Positions 28,329 to 38,591 are shown, counted from the stretch's first letter. The stretch: 64,000 nt of DNA from Nocardioides sp. (GCF_036374615.1 NZ_DASUTK010000100.1:5103-69102); one strand, 5' to 3'. Program-made: numbers and translations. The notes: generated by a model not told the origin, from the sequence alone.

Positions 28329-31103
28329 TCAGGAGTCGGCCGTGACGGGCGCGTAGTCGGGGTCGGCGGCCGGGGCGTCCTCGCTCGCGCCGGCGCCGGG
28401 ATACGCCTGGTTGGACCAGTTCTCCAGCTCGCTCATCACGGCCGCATGCTTGTCGACGCAGACGACGAGCAGGTCGCCCTTGTTGGCGCGACTCATCGCG
28501 TGGCGCACCGCCTCGATCTCCTCGAGCACGACCTCCACCTGCTTGCAGCGCGCACCTGCGGTCATGGCTTCCTGCACCCCTTGGCGGACCAGCTCGGCGA
28601 CGTCGCCCCGCTCCCGGCTGCGGAGCGACTCGTCCTCGCGGACGATCACGACGTCGAAGTGAGCCGCCGCGATCTGGCCGAGCTCCTTCATGTCCTCGTC
28701 GCGGCGGTCCCCGGCGGTGGCGATGATGCCGATCCGCGAGGGTCGCGCCAGGTCGTGGGACGAGGACAGCGACTCGCCGACGCGGTCGACGAAGTCACCG
28801 AGCATCCGCATGCCCGGTGCGTTGTGGCAGTAGTCGACGATGATGTTGACGCCGTTGACCTCCACCTCGTTGAGACGTCCGGGGGAGAGGTAGTAGTTCG
28901 TCGAGAACGTCCGGAGGCCCTGGCGGATGTCGTGCAGGGGGGCATTGGCGGCGAAGGCAGCGGCAGCCGCGGCCAGCGTGTTCTGGACGTTCATCCGAGC
29001 CCGACCGCCGAACGTCGCGGGCAGTAGGTGCGTCCACGCCAGCTGCATCTCGCGACGGCCGTGCTTGACGACTATCATCTCGCCGCGCTCGGACGGGTTG
29101 AGGACCAACGCCTTGCCCCCGCGGCGGCAGTGGGCCTCGATCATCTCGCGGACGTCACTGCCGGGGTCGTCCATGGAGAACCACACGACCTCGCCGCTGC
29201 ACTTGCGACGCATCTCGCGCACCAGCGGGTCATCGGCGTTCAGGACCGCGGCTCCCGTACGAGGCACGGCCTCCACGATCACGGCCTTCACGTCCGCGAG
29301 CTGCTCGATCGTGTCGATGCCGCGCAGCCCGAGGTGGTCGGGCTGCACGTTCAGGACCACCGCCACGTCGTTGCGCTCGTACCCGAGGCCTTCACGCAGG
29401 ATGCCGCCGCGGGCCACCTCGAAGACGGCGAAGTCGACCCGTGGGTTCTGCAGCACCATCCGCGCCGAGCGGGGACCGGAGGCATCGGCCCGGATCAGCA
29501 GCCGCTCGTCGATGACGACCCCGTCGGTCGACGTCATGCCGACCTTGCGGCCCATCCCCTTGAAGATGTGGGAGATCATCCGCGACGTCGTCGTCTTCCC
29601 GTTGGTGCCGGTCACCGCGACGATCGGGATCCGCGACGTCGCACCGGGCGGGAACAGCATGTCCACGACCGGCTTGGCGATGAACTGCGGCTCGCCGATC
29701 GTCGGGTGGGTGTGCATCCGGAAGCCCGGAGCGGCGTTGACCTCACAGATCGCTCCACCGGTCTCGCGCACCGGCTCGGTGATGTCGGGACAGATGAAGT
29801 CGATGCCGGCGATGTCGAGGCCGACCATGCGGGCAGCCTCCTCCGCGATCTCGACGTTCTCGGGGTGCGCCTCGAAGGTGCGGTCGATCGAGATCCCGCC
29901 GGTCGACATGTTGCCGGTGAGCGCGAGCTTCACCATCTCGCCCTCCTCTGGGACCGACTCCAGGGTGTGACCCTGGCTCGCGAGGACCTCGACCGCCGCC
30001 TCGTCGACCTTGATCCGGGTCAGCACCTTCTCGTGACCGACGCCGCGCCGCGGGTCCGCGTTCGTGTCCTCGACCAGCTGCTCGACGGTCGCGCTGCCGT
30101 CACCGATGACGTGTGCGGGCACCCGTTCGGCGATCGCCACCATGCGACCGTCGATGATCAGGCACCGATAGTCCTTTCCGGTCACGAAGCTCTCCACGAT
30201 CACCCAGCCGCGGCGTGACTGCTCCTGGGCGATCGCGAACCCCTCGCGCACCGCCGCCTCGTCCTGCAGGTCGAGGCAGACGCCGCGGCCGTGGTTGCCG
30301 TCGAGCGGCTTGACCACGACCGGGTACCCGATCCGCCTGGCAACCGAGACCGCCTGGTCGGCGGTGCGCACCGAGTCCTGCTTCGGCACGGGTAGGCCCG
30401 CCGCGCCGAGCAGCCGGGTGGTGAGGTCCTTGTCGGAGGCGATGTCGACGGCGATCGAGGACGTCTCGGACGTCATCGTCGCGCGGATCCGCTTGGCGTG
30501 GACGCCCTGCCCGAGCTGGACGAGCGAGTACTGGTTCAACCGGATCCAGGGGATGTCGCGGGAGACCGCCTCGTCGACGATGGCCTGGGTGGAGGGTCCG
30601 AAGGCGGTGCGCTCGGCACGTTTGATGAACGTCTCGAGCTCCGCCTCCCAGTCGAGCTCCGGATCTCCCTCCACGAGGTGGTTGACCAGCCGTACGGCGA
30701 GCCGGCCGGCGGCCAGCGCCACCTGCTCGTCGACGTACCCGTAGACGACGTTGTAGACGCCGGGGCGACCCTTGACGCCACGCGTCTTGCCCCGGCGGAT
30801 GTCGTGGCCGACCACCTGCTGCAGCGCCAGCGCGCAGTGCTCCGCGACGTGGCCGAGCCAGGTGCCCTCGTTCAGGCGCTCGACGAACCCGCCGCGCCGA
30901 CCGCGCGAGCAGGAGTGCTCGCGGAGCCCGGGCAGCATCACGAGCAGCCGCTCTGTGAAGCCGGGAAGCGTGTCGGTCGGGAACTCCTCGAGCCGACCGA
31001 GGTCCACGACCAGGTGGATCGCCTTCTCGTACGACCAGACATTGGCGCCGCGGTAGACGCGGGTCTCCTCGATCGTCAGATCGGGCGTGGGGCGTGTCGT
31101 CAT
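28329..31103 (-). CDS. cphA: Cyanophycin synthetase CphA
   Basis: N domain (CSRGRRGGF...HVAEH), ATP-grasp (VVKPLDGNHGRG, EVNAAPGFRMH), Mur domain (TGTNGKTTT, DYCHN). Confidence 0.95.
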   Translation of the reverse strand: MTTRPTPDLTIEETRVYRGANVWSYEKAIHLVVDLGRLEEFPTDTLPGFTERLLVMLPGLREHSCSRGRRGGFVERLNEGTWLGHVAEHCALALQQVVGHDIRRGKTRGVKGRPGVYNVVYGYVDEQVALAAGRLAVRLVNHLVEGDPELDWEAELETFIKRAERTAFGPSTQAIVDEAVSRDIPWIRLNQYSLVQLGQGVHAKRIRATMTSETSSIAVDIASDKDLTTRLLGAAGLPVPKQDSVRTADQAVSVARRIGYPVVVKPLDGNHGRGVCLDLQDEAAVREGFAIAQEQSRRGWVIVESFVTGKDYRCLIIDGRMVAIAERVPAHVIGDGSATVEQLVEDTNADPRRGVGHEKVLTRIKVDEAAVEVLASQGHTLESVPEEGEMVKLALTGNMSTGGISIDRTFEAHPENVEIAEEAARMVGLDIAGIDFICPDITEPVRETGGAICEVNAAPGFRMHTHPTIGEPQFIAKPVVDMLFPPGATSRIPIVAVTGTNGKTTTSRMISHIFKGMGRKVGMTSTDGVVIDERLLIRADASGPRSARMVLQNPRVDFAVFEVARGGILREGLGYERNDVAVVLNVQPDHLGLRGIDTIEQLADVKAVIVEAVPRTGAAVLNADDPLVREMRRKCSGEVVWFSMDDPGSDVREMIEAHCRRGGKALVLNPSERGEMIVVKHGRREMQLAWTHLLPATFGGRARMNVQNTLAAAAAAFAANAPLHDIRQGLRTFSTNYYLSPGRLNEVEVNGVNIIVDYCHNAPGMRMLGDFVDRVGESLSSSHDLARPSRIGIIATAGDRRDEDMKELGQIAAAHFDVVIVREDESLRSRERGDVAELVRQGVQEAMTAGARCKQVEVVLEEIEAVRHAMSRANKGDLLVVCVDKHAAVMSELENWSNQAYPGAGASEDAPAADPDYAPVTADS

Positions 31104-32068
31104 CGGCGGGTTTCCTCCTGGTGGGACTGGGAACGGCTGCGTCGTCGCGCCAACCTGCGTCGCAGGGTGCCTGGGGAGATGTCCTCGGCAGCGATGTCAC
31201 GCGCCATCTGCTGCATGTCACGCTGGGCGTCCGCCAGCTCGGCAGCGTCCTCGGGGTCCACCGTCGCCGGCTGTGGCACGAGTGCCCGGTCCTCGAGGTC
31301 GAACACGGACCCGGCGGGCAGCACGTGGAGCACCACGCCGCTGGCGAGCAGCGGGCTGGACCGCTTCGCCTCGAAGGCGTTGGTGACCATCCGGGCGGGG
31401 TCGAAGACCGTGACCGCCCCCTTGCCGATGACGCTCATGCGCCGCCGGCCCTCCTCAGCCGTGACGACCGCCGCCGTGTCCTCGTCGACACCGACCCCGA
31501 GCAGCTGCGGCGACTGGGACACGATCATCAGCAGTCGCCCGTACCGGTTGCGCTGGTCGAAATGCTGGTCGATCACGGCGTCCTGGAGCAGGCCGAGGCC
31601 GGCCGCGACCTGGGTCATCCGCTGCTTCGGCGTAGCCCCCGGCCCGCCGAAGGCGACCATGTGCGAGGACTGGATGCTGGCTCCCGCCGAGGTGCCCGCC
31701 ACGATCACGCCGCGCGCGTGGGCGTCCCGGATGGCTTCGCCCAGCGGCGTACCGCAGACGATCGAGGACAGCTTGAGCTGGTTCCCACCCGTCATGAAGA
31801 TGCCGGTCGCCGAGCTGAGCTGGTCCAGCAGCGCCTCGTCGTGGGCGTCCTCGCGGGTCTCCGGTCGGACCGCGACCACCTCGGCGGCCCCGAGCGACCG
31901 GAACAGGGCGTCGTAGACCTCGACCACCGCGTCTCCGAGCGACGATGCCGTCGGGATCACCGCGATCCGGGCCTGCTGGCCGCCGGCGGCGGCCACGAGC
32001 TCCTTGAGGATGGCGCGTTTCCGGAGCTTGTCCTCCGCGCCGCCGATGATCATGAGGGGTCCCGGCAT
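31100..32068 (-). CDS. cphB: Cyanophycinase CphB (cytoplasmic)
   Basis: IIGGAEDK, FMTGGNQLKL, GTSAGA nucleophile motif, DQHFDQRNRYGRL; no signal peptide; ATG 7 nt after TAGCGT. Confidence 0.93.
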   Translation of the reverse strand: MPGPLMIIGGAEDKLRKRAILKELVAAAGGQQARIAVIPTASSLGDAVVEVYDALFRSLGAAEVVAVRPETREDAHDEALLDQLSSATGIFMTGGNQLKLSSIVCGTPLGEAIRDAHARGVIVAGTSAGASIQSSHMVAFGGPGATPKQRMTQVAAGLGLLQDAVIDQHFDQRNRYGRLLMIVSQSPQLLGVGVDEDTAAVVTAEEGRRRMSVIGKGAVTVFDPARMVTNAFEAKRSSPLLASGVVLHVLPAGSVFDLEDRALVPQPATVDPEDAAELADAQRDMQQMARDIAAEDISPGTLRRRLARRRSRSQSHQEETRR

Positions 32069-32101
32069 GACAGCCACGCTAGCGGCTGAAAGAGTGAGTC
32101 C

Positions 32102-32617
32102 GTGCAGGAGTCACGTCGCCTCGTCATCGTCCGGCATGCCAAAGCGGACTCCCAGGGGTCGTCGGACCGCGAACGCCCGCTGGCCGCCCGCGGGTCCCGC
32201 GACGCCGCCGCGGGCGGCGCCTGGCTCGCTGCGTCCGGCGTCCACCCCGACCACGTCCTGGTCTCGTCGGCTCGCCGGGCCCTGGAGACCTACGACGCGT
32301 TGCGGGAGGGAGCCGGGTGGGACACACCGGTCGAGGCCTCGGACACGCTCTACTCCGCCGAGCCCGAGACGGCGCTCGACGTGGTGCGCCAAGTGCCCAC
32401 CGAGGCGTCCACCGTGGTCGTCGTCGGCCACAACCCCACGATGGGCACGCTGGCGCAGCTGCTCGACGACGGCGAGGGCGACGCGCAGGCGACCGGTGCG
32501 CTGCTCGCCGGGGGCTTCCCGACCTGCGCGATGGCGGTGTTCGACGTGGCCGTTCCCTGGGCCGACCTCGGCTTCACCGGCGCGACGCTCACCGCGTTCC
32601 ACGTGGGTCGCGGTTGA
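32102..32617 (+). CDS. sixA: SixA-family phosphohistidine phosphatase
   Basis: RHAKA, SSARRA, VGHNP, FPTC. Confidence 0.85.
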   Translation: MQESRRLVIVRHAKADSQGSSDRERPLAARGSRDAAAGGAWLAASGVHPDHVLVSSARRALETYDALREGAGWDTPVEASDTLYSAEPETALDVVRQVPTEASTVVVVGHNPTMGTLAQLLDDGEGDAQATGALLAGGFPTCAMAVFDVAVPWADLGFTGATLTAFHVGRG

Positions 32618-32623
32618 CCCGCC

Positions 32624-32650
32624 TGTCACATCCCGCCCGGCTGCCTCGTC
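32624..32650 (+). promoter_or_regulatory. ECF41-type promoter TGTCACA-N16-CGTC
   Basis: Exact match to the known ECF41 consensus, directly upstream of the ECF41 gene. Confidence 0.78.
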
Positions 32651-32687
32651 CACTGGTCATGGGGCAACCGTCGACGAGGAGGCTGAC

Positions 32688-33611
32688 GTGAACCGGATCG
32701 AGCAGTTCGAGGAGCTGCGGCCGCTGCTGTTCGCCATCGCGTACCGCATCCTGGGCAGCGTGACCGAGGCGGAGGACGCGGTCCAGGAGACCTGGCTCCG
32801 CTACGAGCGGACGTCCGAGGAGCCCGAGTCGCCGAAGGCGTTCCTGTCGACGGTCGTCACCCGGATCGCGATCGACGTGCTGCGCTCGGCGCGGGTCCGG
32901 CGTGAGGAGTACGTCGGCGAGTGGTTCCCCGAGCCGTTGCTGGCCGACCCGTACGAGGACCCGGAGCGCTCGGCCGAGCTCGCCGACTCCGTCTCGATGG
33001 CGGCGCTGCTCCTGCTCGAGCGGTTGAGCCCGCTCGAGCGCGCGGTGTTCGTGCTCCGGGAGGTGTTCGGCTTCGGGTTCGCGGACATCGCGTCCGCAGT
33101 CGATCGGTCGGAGGACGCCTGCCGTCAGCTCGCCGTCCGAGCGAGACGGCACATGGATGCCGGCCGCCCTCGTTTCGAGGCCGATCGTCGCGCACGCGAG
33201 GAGCTGGCCGCCCGCTTCTTCGAGGCGATGCGGGACGGCACGATGGACGGACTCCGCGACCTGCTGGCCGCGGACGTCCAGCTCGTCGCCGACGGCGGTG
33301 GCAAGGCACCGCAGCTCGCGCGGGGCCTGGTCGGTGCCGACAACGTGGCGCGGGTGCTGCTCGTGCTGTTCCCGGAGATGGTGGACCTCGGCGTGGGGTT
33401 CGAGCAGCACGTGGTGAACGGCCAGCCCGGCGCGATCATGCGCGACGGCGACGGCAACGTGGTCACGGTCTGGACGCTCGACGTGCTCGACGGGCGGATC
33501 CAGACGATCCGCGCCGTGCTGAACCCCGACAAGCTCGGCCACGTGGGACCGGTGGCGGACGCGTGGGCCCTGCACTACGCGGCTCGCGACGCCCGGCGCC
33601 GCTCGCGGTGA
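32688..33611 (+). CDS. ECF41 (SigJ-like) sigma factor with SnoaL-like C-terminal extension
   Basis: AYRILGSVTEAEDAVQE, WFPEP, DGGG, NPDKL motifs; RBS GAGGAGG. Confidence 0.9.
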   Translation: MNRIEQFEELRPLLFAIAYRILGSVTEAEDAVQETWLRYERTSEEPESPKAFLSTVVTRIAIDVLRSARVRREEYVGEWFPEPLLADPYEDPERSAELADSVSMAALLLLERLSPLERAVFVLREVFGFGFADIASAVDRSEDACRQLAVRARRHMDAGRPRFEADRRAREELAARFFEAMRDGTMDGLRDLLAADVQLVADGGGKAPQLARGLVGADNVARVLLVLFPEMVDLGVGFEQHVVNGQPGAIMRDGDGNVVTVWTLDVLDGRIQTIRAVLNPDKLGHVGPVADAWALHYAARDARRRSR

Positions 33612-33639
33612 TCGCGCACGTGTCCCCGAGTGGAACGGG

Positions 33640-34851
33640 TCAGACCGGCGGCGAGGGGGTGACGATGCCGGCCTCGGCGTCGGCCGCCTCGATCTCCTCC
33701 CGGGAGATCCCGAGCAGGTACATGATCGTGTCGAGGTAGGGCACGTTCACCGTGGTGTCGGCAGCCTCCTGCACGACCGCCTTGGCGTTGAACGCGATGC
33801 CCAGCCCGGCGGCGTTGAGCATGTCGAGGTCGTTCGCGCCGTCGCCGATCGCGATCACCGCCTCGAGCGGTACGCCGACGGCCTCGGCGAACTCGCGCAA
33901 GGCCTGGGCTTTGCCGGCCCGGTCGATGACGTCACCGACGATCCTCCCGGTGAGCCGACCGTCGACGACCTCGAGCTCGTTCGCCCGGGAGTAGTGGATG
34001 CCGAGGTCGTCCGCCAGCCGGTCGGTGATCTGGGAGAACCCGCCCGAGACCAGCCCGAAGCGGTACCCCAGCCGACGGAGCGTCCGCACCATGGTCCGGG
34101 CGCCGGGGGAGAGCACCAGCTCGTCGTACACCTCGTCGATCGCGGAGGCGGGCACGCCCGCGAGCCGTGCGACGCGGTCGCGCAGGGACTGCTCGAAGTC
34201 GAGCTCTCCCGCCATGGCGGCCTCGGTGGCGCGTGCGACGGCGTCCTGCTGCCCGGCGTGGGCGGCGAGCAGCTCGATCACCTCGCCCTGGATCAAGGTG
34301 GAGTCGACGTCGAGCACGATCAGCCGCATCCCGCGACGGAGCAGGTTGGCGGGCTGCACGGCGATGTCGATGCTGTGAGTCGCTGCCTCGCCCGCCAGCA
34401 GCGTGCGCAGCTTGTCGGTGTCGGCGCCCGAGACGTGCAGGTCGATGGCGGTGACGGGGTAACGCGCCATCCGCTCGATCCGGTCGATGTTGGCGCCACA
34501 GTCGGCGATCCGGCCGGCCACCGCGGCCATGTGGACGGCCTTGAGGGGGCTGCCGATCACGGTCACATGGGAGCGGCCCTCGGCGCGCGTCTTGTTGTCG
34601 CCGACTCCGCGATCGACGTCGACCGTCATGTCGAGGGCCGCCGCCGTCTCCTCGACCGCGGCACGCAGCCGCTTCCAGTCTCGTGGGGCCGTCACGAGGA
34701 CGCCGAGCACCAGCCGCCGCCGGAGCACGATCTGCTCGACGTCGAGGACCTCGACGCCGGCGCCGGTCAGGGTCGAGAACACGGCCGACGTCACGCCCGG
34801 TCGGTCCTTGCCGCTGAGGGTGATCAGCAGGGTCTTCGGCGCATCATCCAT
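33640..34851 (-). CDS. serB: Phosphoserine phosphatase SerB with ACT domains
   Basis: GKDRPGVT ACT, DVDSTL HAD motif I, VSGGF, GDGANDL. Confidence 0.95.
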   Translation of the reverse strand: MDDAPKTLLITLSGKDRPGVTSAVFSTLTGAGVEVLDVEQIVLRRRLVLGVLVTAPRDWKRLRAAVEETAAALDMTVDVDRGVGDNKTRAEGRSHVTVIGSPLKAVHMAAVAGRIADCGANIDRIERMARYPVTAIDLHVSGADTDKLRTLLAGEAATHSIDIAVQPANLLRRGMRLIVLDVDSTLIQGEVIELLAAHAGQQDAVARATEAAMAGELDFEQSLRDRVARLAGVPASAIDEVYDELVLSPGARTMVRTLRRLGYRFGLVSGGFSQITDRLADDLGIHYSRANELEVVDGRLTGRIVGDVIDRAGKAQALREFAEAVGVPLEAVIAIGDGANDLDMLNAAGLGIAFNAKAVVQEAADTTVNVPYLDTIMYLLGISREEIEAADAEAGIVTPSPPV

Positions 34852-34924
34852 GTCGTGACGAGGCTAGCCGGTTCGTTACGTCGTCGTGATTGACCCACCG
34901 GCGCGTGGACAGCACCGTGGTCGG

Positions 34925-35971
34925 GTGCGCAGCACCTCCGGCCGGCTCCAGCTCGTGCTCATGGGTGCGCTCGTCCTCGCCGGCTGCAGTGCCGACGAGC
35001 CGGGCGAGCGGGAGCCGGCCGGTGCGGCGACCGGGTCGCCATCGACGTCGACGCCGGTGCTCGGGGCATCTCACGAGCTGCTGCCCGATCCGGGCGGTGA
35101 CGGTGTGCTGCTCCTCTCGGGGCCACCCGAGCTCGACCCCGCCGGTGATCCGCTGCAGCTGTGGCGGTGGGACGGGTCCGCGTGGTCTCCCGTCGCGACC
35201 ACGGGCGATGTCCCCCCGCAGCGCTCCTACTTCTCGGCCACCTACGACGACGCGCGTGACGTGGTGGTGCTCTACGGGGGCGAGCTGCCGGGCGATGAGC
35301 CGGCGGTGGTCTGGGAGTGGGACGGAGCATCGTGGACCGCCCACGACGCAGCCCCCGGCCCAGGGCCCCGCCGGTCGAGCGCGATGACGTACGACGACGA
35401 CGGCCTGGTGCTCCTGTACGGCGGCGACGACCCAGGCGGCATCTACAACGACACCTGGGCGTGGGACGGCGAGGCCTGGCAGCGGCTCGTGCGAGGCGGC
35501 CCGGAACCGGCGCGCTGGCCGGGGGCGTTCGTCGACGTCGCGGATGCGGGGCCGGTGCTCGTCGGTGGCCACCAGGTGGAGCACGAGGACCTGCCGGCCG
35601 CACTCGGGGACACGTGGGTGTGGGACGACGAGTGGCAGGAGGCCCAGGACGCGAACGCCCCGCCACGGCTGGTCAACGCCAAGGGCCTCGTCCACCCCGA
35701 GCACGGGACGCTGCTGGTCGGCGGTGCCGACCTCGCAGCCGCCAGCGGCGACGTGCTCCGCTGGACCGGGACCGGCTGGGAGATGTTCGCCGAGGACGTC
35801 TTCCCCGAGCGACAGGCGTTCGGGCTGGCGTACGACGCCGGGCGCGACGTGGTGGTGCTGACCGGTGGCGTGGTCGAGCCCGGAAGCACGCAACGTCATC
35901 AGGACGTGTGGGAGTGGTCGGGCGACCCGGGCGACCGGGCGGTGCAGGTGCTCGACGCTCCGCCCGCCTGA
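34925..35971 (+). CDS. Kelch-repeat (beta-propeller) lipoprotein
   Basis: Lipobox LAGC; repeats WxWDGxxW and vLyGG. Start uncertain (34886-34961). Confidence 0.75.
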   Translation: MRSTSGRLQLVLMGALVLAGCSADEPGEREPAGAATGSPSTSTPVLGASHELLPDPGGDGVLLLSGPPELDPAGDPLQLWRWDGSAWSPVATTGDVPPQRSYFSATYDDARDVVVLYGGELPGDEPAVVWEWDGASWTAHDAAPGPGPRRSSAMTYDDDGLVLLYGGDDPGGIYNDTWAWDGEAWQRLVRGGPEPARWPGAFVDVADAGPVLVGGHQVEHEDLPAALGDTWVWDDEWQEAQDANAPPRLVNAKGLVHPEHGTLLVGGADLAAASGDVLRWTGTGWEMFAEDVFPERQAFGLAYDAGRDVVVLTGGVVEPGSTQRHQDVWEWSGDPGDRAVQVLDAPPA

Positions 35972-36030
35972 TCACGCCTGCACCATCGGTCGGTAGTGCA
36001 TCCCACGCCGGCCGAGTGCGTTCCCAATGC

Positions 36031-37335
36031 TCAGGGGTGCGGTTGGTCCCGACGGTCGCCGGGGAGTCTCGGCAGTGGTTGGGTTTCAGCGTCTGGTGTG
36101 GACTTCGGTGGGGTGGCCCGCCTGGGCACGGGCCTACTGAGGTAGGCCGGCCTCGGCCGGGTCGGGCGGACCAGTTGAACCTGGCGTCGGACCCTCTGCT
36201 CGAGATCCATCTCGGACAGCAGCCGTTTGACGGTCGACAGCGCCACGGCGTGCAACTCGCGCAGTTCGGGAGCACTCTCGGTGGTCGCCAGGTCGTCCAG
36301 TCGCGCCCGCGCCTCCTGCATGCCCTCGAGGGCGTCCCGGAGAGCCTGGACGTCCTCCGAGCCCAGACTCGCTGCGGGGCCCGCCTCGTTGCGGACGAGC
36401 TGCCCGAACGTGTCGATACCGGCGGCCAGTTCCCGCAGTGTCTGGGCGAGCCCGAGCAAAACGTCCTCGGCGCCGTCGTCGTCGAGCCAGGTCGGTTCGG
36501 ACGTCGCGTCCACCAGCGCGCGGAACATCGAGCGGATGGCGACCGCGGAGTGCTCCAATGCCTCGAACCCCTGGCGCAGACCCGGCCCCACGTCGGGGCT
36601 GGCGACGGCGCGAACGTTGAGTCGCCGCCCCTGCTCGGCGTGCAGGATGGCCAAACCGACCCGGGGGATGTCGTGGTGGGTGATCCGGCGGGCCTCGTCC
36701 AGCCACGTCCGAGCAGCCGACCCCACCTCACGCCCCCCGGTGACCAGCTCAGTCAGCTCCTCGGCGGCGCCGTTGAGCAACTCGCTGATCGAATCCGAAA
36801 GTCCGTCGATGGCCCGCGCGGCGTCGGCACTGGCGATCCTGGGAGGGAACAGCAGGTTCGCCGCGACTCCGACTGCGGCACCCACCAGGGTCTCTGCGAT
36901 CCGCTGCCAGGCTGCGGACTCGGCACCCAGCGAGCCGACGCCGAGCACCAGCATGCCGCTGATCGCGACCTCGATGAGGTTCGAGCGCAGGCGTAGCGCC
37001 TGGCCGATCGCCATGGAGACGAAGATCAGCAGGCCCAGGCTCCACCACTCCAGCGGGAGTACGGCAGCGAATGCCACTGCCAGGGACACGCCGGTCACCA
37101 CGGCCACCACACGGTCGAGACCGCTGGCGAGAAGCGAGACCGGAGTGACCTGGACGACCAGCATCGCGGTCAGGGGTGCGAGCAGTGGCTGCGTGCCCGG
37201 GAAGATCAGCGTCGCTACGACGAAGCTCGCCACCGCGGCCATCGTGATCCGCAAGGACCACAGGACTGCGGCGCGGCCGTCGTTGCTCAGCCGAGTCAGG
37301 TTGCGATCCAGCCCTCGTCGCCACTTGTCGCGCAC
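36031..37335 (-). CDS. FUSC/aromatic acid exporter family membrane protein
   Basis: LAPLTAMLVVQ, RVVAVVTGV, RIAETLVG..VG..ANLLFPP, followed by a helical cytoplasmic region. Confidence 0.78.
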   Translation of the reverse strand: MRDKWRRGLDRNLTRLSNDGRAAVLWSLRITMAAVASFVVATLIFPGTQPLLAPLTAMLVVQVTPVSLLASGLDRVVAVVTGVSLAVAFAAVLPLEWWSLGLLIFVSMAIGQALRLRSNLIEVAISGMLVLGVGSLGAESAAWQRIAETLVGAAVGVAANLLFPPRIASADAARAIDGLSDSISELLNGAAEELTELVTGGREVGSAARTWLDEARRITHHDIPRVGLAILHAEQGRRLNVRAVASPDVGPGLRQGFEALEHSAVAIRSMFRALVDATSEPTWLDDDGAEDVLLGLAQTLRELAAGIDTFGQLVRNEAGPAASLGSEDVQALRDALEGMQEARARLDDLATTESAPELRELHAVALSTVKRLLSEMDLEQRVRRQVQLVRPTRPRPAYLSRPVPRRATPPKSTPDAETQPLPRLPGDRRDQPHP

Positions 37336-37554
37336 GGTTCATCATGCTTGACGTTGGAGCGAATGCCTACGGAGAGTCGGCCGCAGGCTACGCCGGTGCG
37401 TCCACTCCTGCGCATGAGCGATCGCATCGAGCCATGAGGACGGTGTGCCTGCCAGATGCCGCCGGTACAGCGGGCCACGTTCGCTCAGCTGGGACACAAA
37501 GCCGAGCCGAGGGCACGACCGTCGGTGGGGACGGCCCTGCCTTTGCCGGCCTCG

Positions 37555-38487
37555 TCAGTCGATGTTCACGACGAGCTTGCCCAAGGTGCCAGCCGCGAAA
37601 GCTTCGAACGCGGCCGGGACCTCGCCTAGCGGGAAGGTCTGCTGAACGCGCACCCGCGAGTCACCGGCGACGTGATGGCGGACGGCCCGGTCGAGGGTGG
37701 CCGCGTCAGGGTTCGCGTAGATGGCGTGCACCGTGGCGTCGTCCGTAGGCACTTGCTCGGGCGACATGATCAAGGTCGAGGCGAGTCGGCCGCCTGGCCG
37801 CACCGGGGCCAGAGCGAGGCTGGGGTCGCCAGCGAAGTGCAAGACCACATCGACGCCGTCGGCGTGGACCTGGCGGACTTCAGCGGCGAGATCGCCGGTG
37901 TAGTCCACGACCGTTGCGGCACCCAGGTCAGTGACCAGCTCGCGCTCGTCGTCCGTGGCGGCGGTCGCGACCACGTGCGCCCCCGCCTGCGTGGCCAGCT
38001 GCACGGCCTGGTTGCCCACGCCACCGGTGGCGCCGACGACCAGGACCTTGTGACCAGGCTGGACCTCCGCGGCATCGAGGGCCTGAATAGCGGCCGTCCC
38101 GGCCAGCCCAAGGGCAGCACCTTCGGCGTAGTCGACCTCGTCAGGGAGCTTCGCAAGCCCGACCGCCGTCGACACCGTGACGAACTCAGCGAACGAGCCG
38201 TCGCCGAGGTAGGGCTTGGTGACCACCCCGAAAACGCGGTCACCGACCTGGAAACCGGTCACGCCGGGGCCGACGGCATCGACGACGCCGGCGAAGTCCT
38301 TGCCCAGCACGACGGGGAACCGGTGCTCCATCATGTCCTTCAGCAGGCCGCCGGCGACCGCGAGGTCAAAGCCGTTCACGGCTGCTGCACGGACTTGCAC
38401 CCGCACTTCACCCTCGGCGGGCTCGGCGACGTCGACTTCGATCAGCTCAGGAGCAGCGTCGAAAGCGGTCAGGCCGAAGGCACGCAT
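37555..38487 (-). CDS. NADPH-dependent quinone oxidoreductase/MDR-family protein
   Basis: GKDFAGVV, GDRVFG, GATGGVG, GKLVV. Confidence 0.9.
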   Translation of the reverse strand: MRAFGLTAFDAAPELIEVDVAEPAEGEVRVQVRAAAVNGFDLAVAGGLLKDMMEHRFPVVLGKDFAGVVDAVGPGVTGFQVGDRVFGVVTKPYLGDGSFAEFVTVSTAVGLAKLPDEVDYAEGAALGLAGTAAIQALDAAEVQPGHKVLVVGATGGVGNQAVQLATQAGAHVVATAATDDERELVTDLGAATVVDYTGDLAAEVRQVHADGVDVVLHFAGDPSLALAPVRPGGRLASTLIMSPEQVPTDDATVHAIYANPDAATLDRAVRHHVAGDSRVRVQQTFPLGEVPAAFEAFAAGTLGKLVVNID

Positions 38488-38513
38488 AGGGCATCTCCTA
38501 GGGAGTCAAGGAA

Positions 38514-38571
38514 TGGAACGGATGTTCCACTTACAGGTGACGTCAACGTAGGAAGTGGAGCGCCTATTCCA
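38514..38571. promoter_or_regulatory. Two TGGA-N8-TCCA palindromes; likely TetR operators
   Basis: tggaacggatgttcca (38514-38529) and tggagcgcctattcca (38556-38571) between divergent genes. Confidence 0.65.
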
Positions 38572-38591
38572 GATGTCTGTAGGCTTTTTCC

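Noticed and set aside
37344-37748. ORF 37344-37748 (+) as a real gene
   Set aside because: It overlaps the oxidoreductase antisense, has no recognisable motif and lacks the local GC3 pattern.
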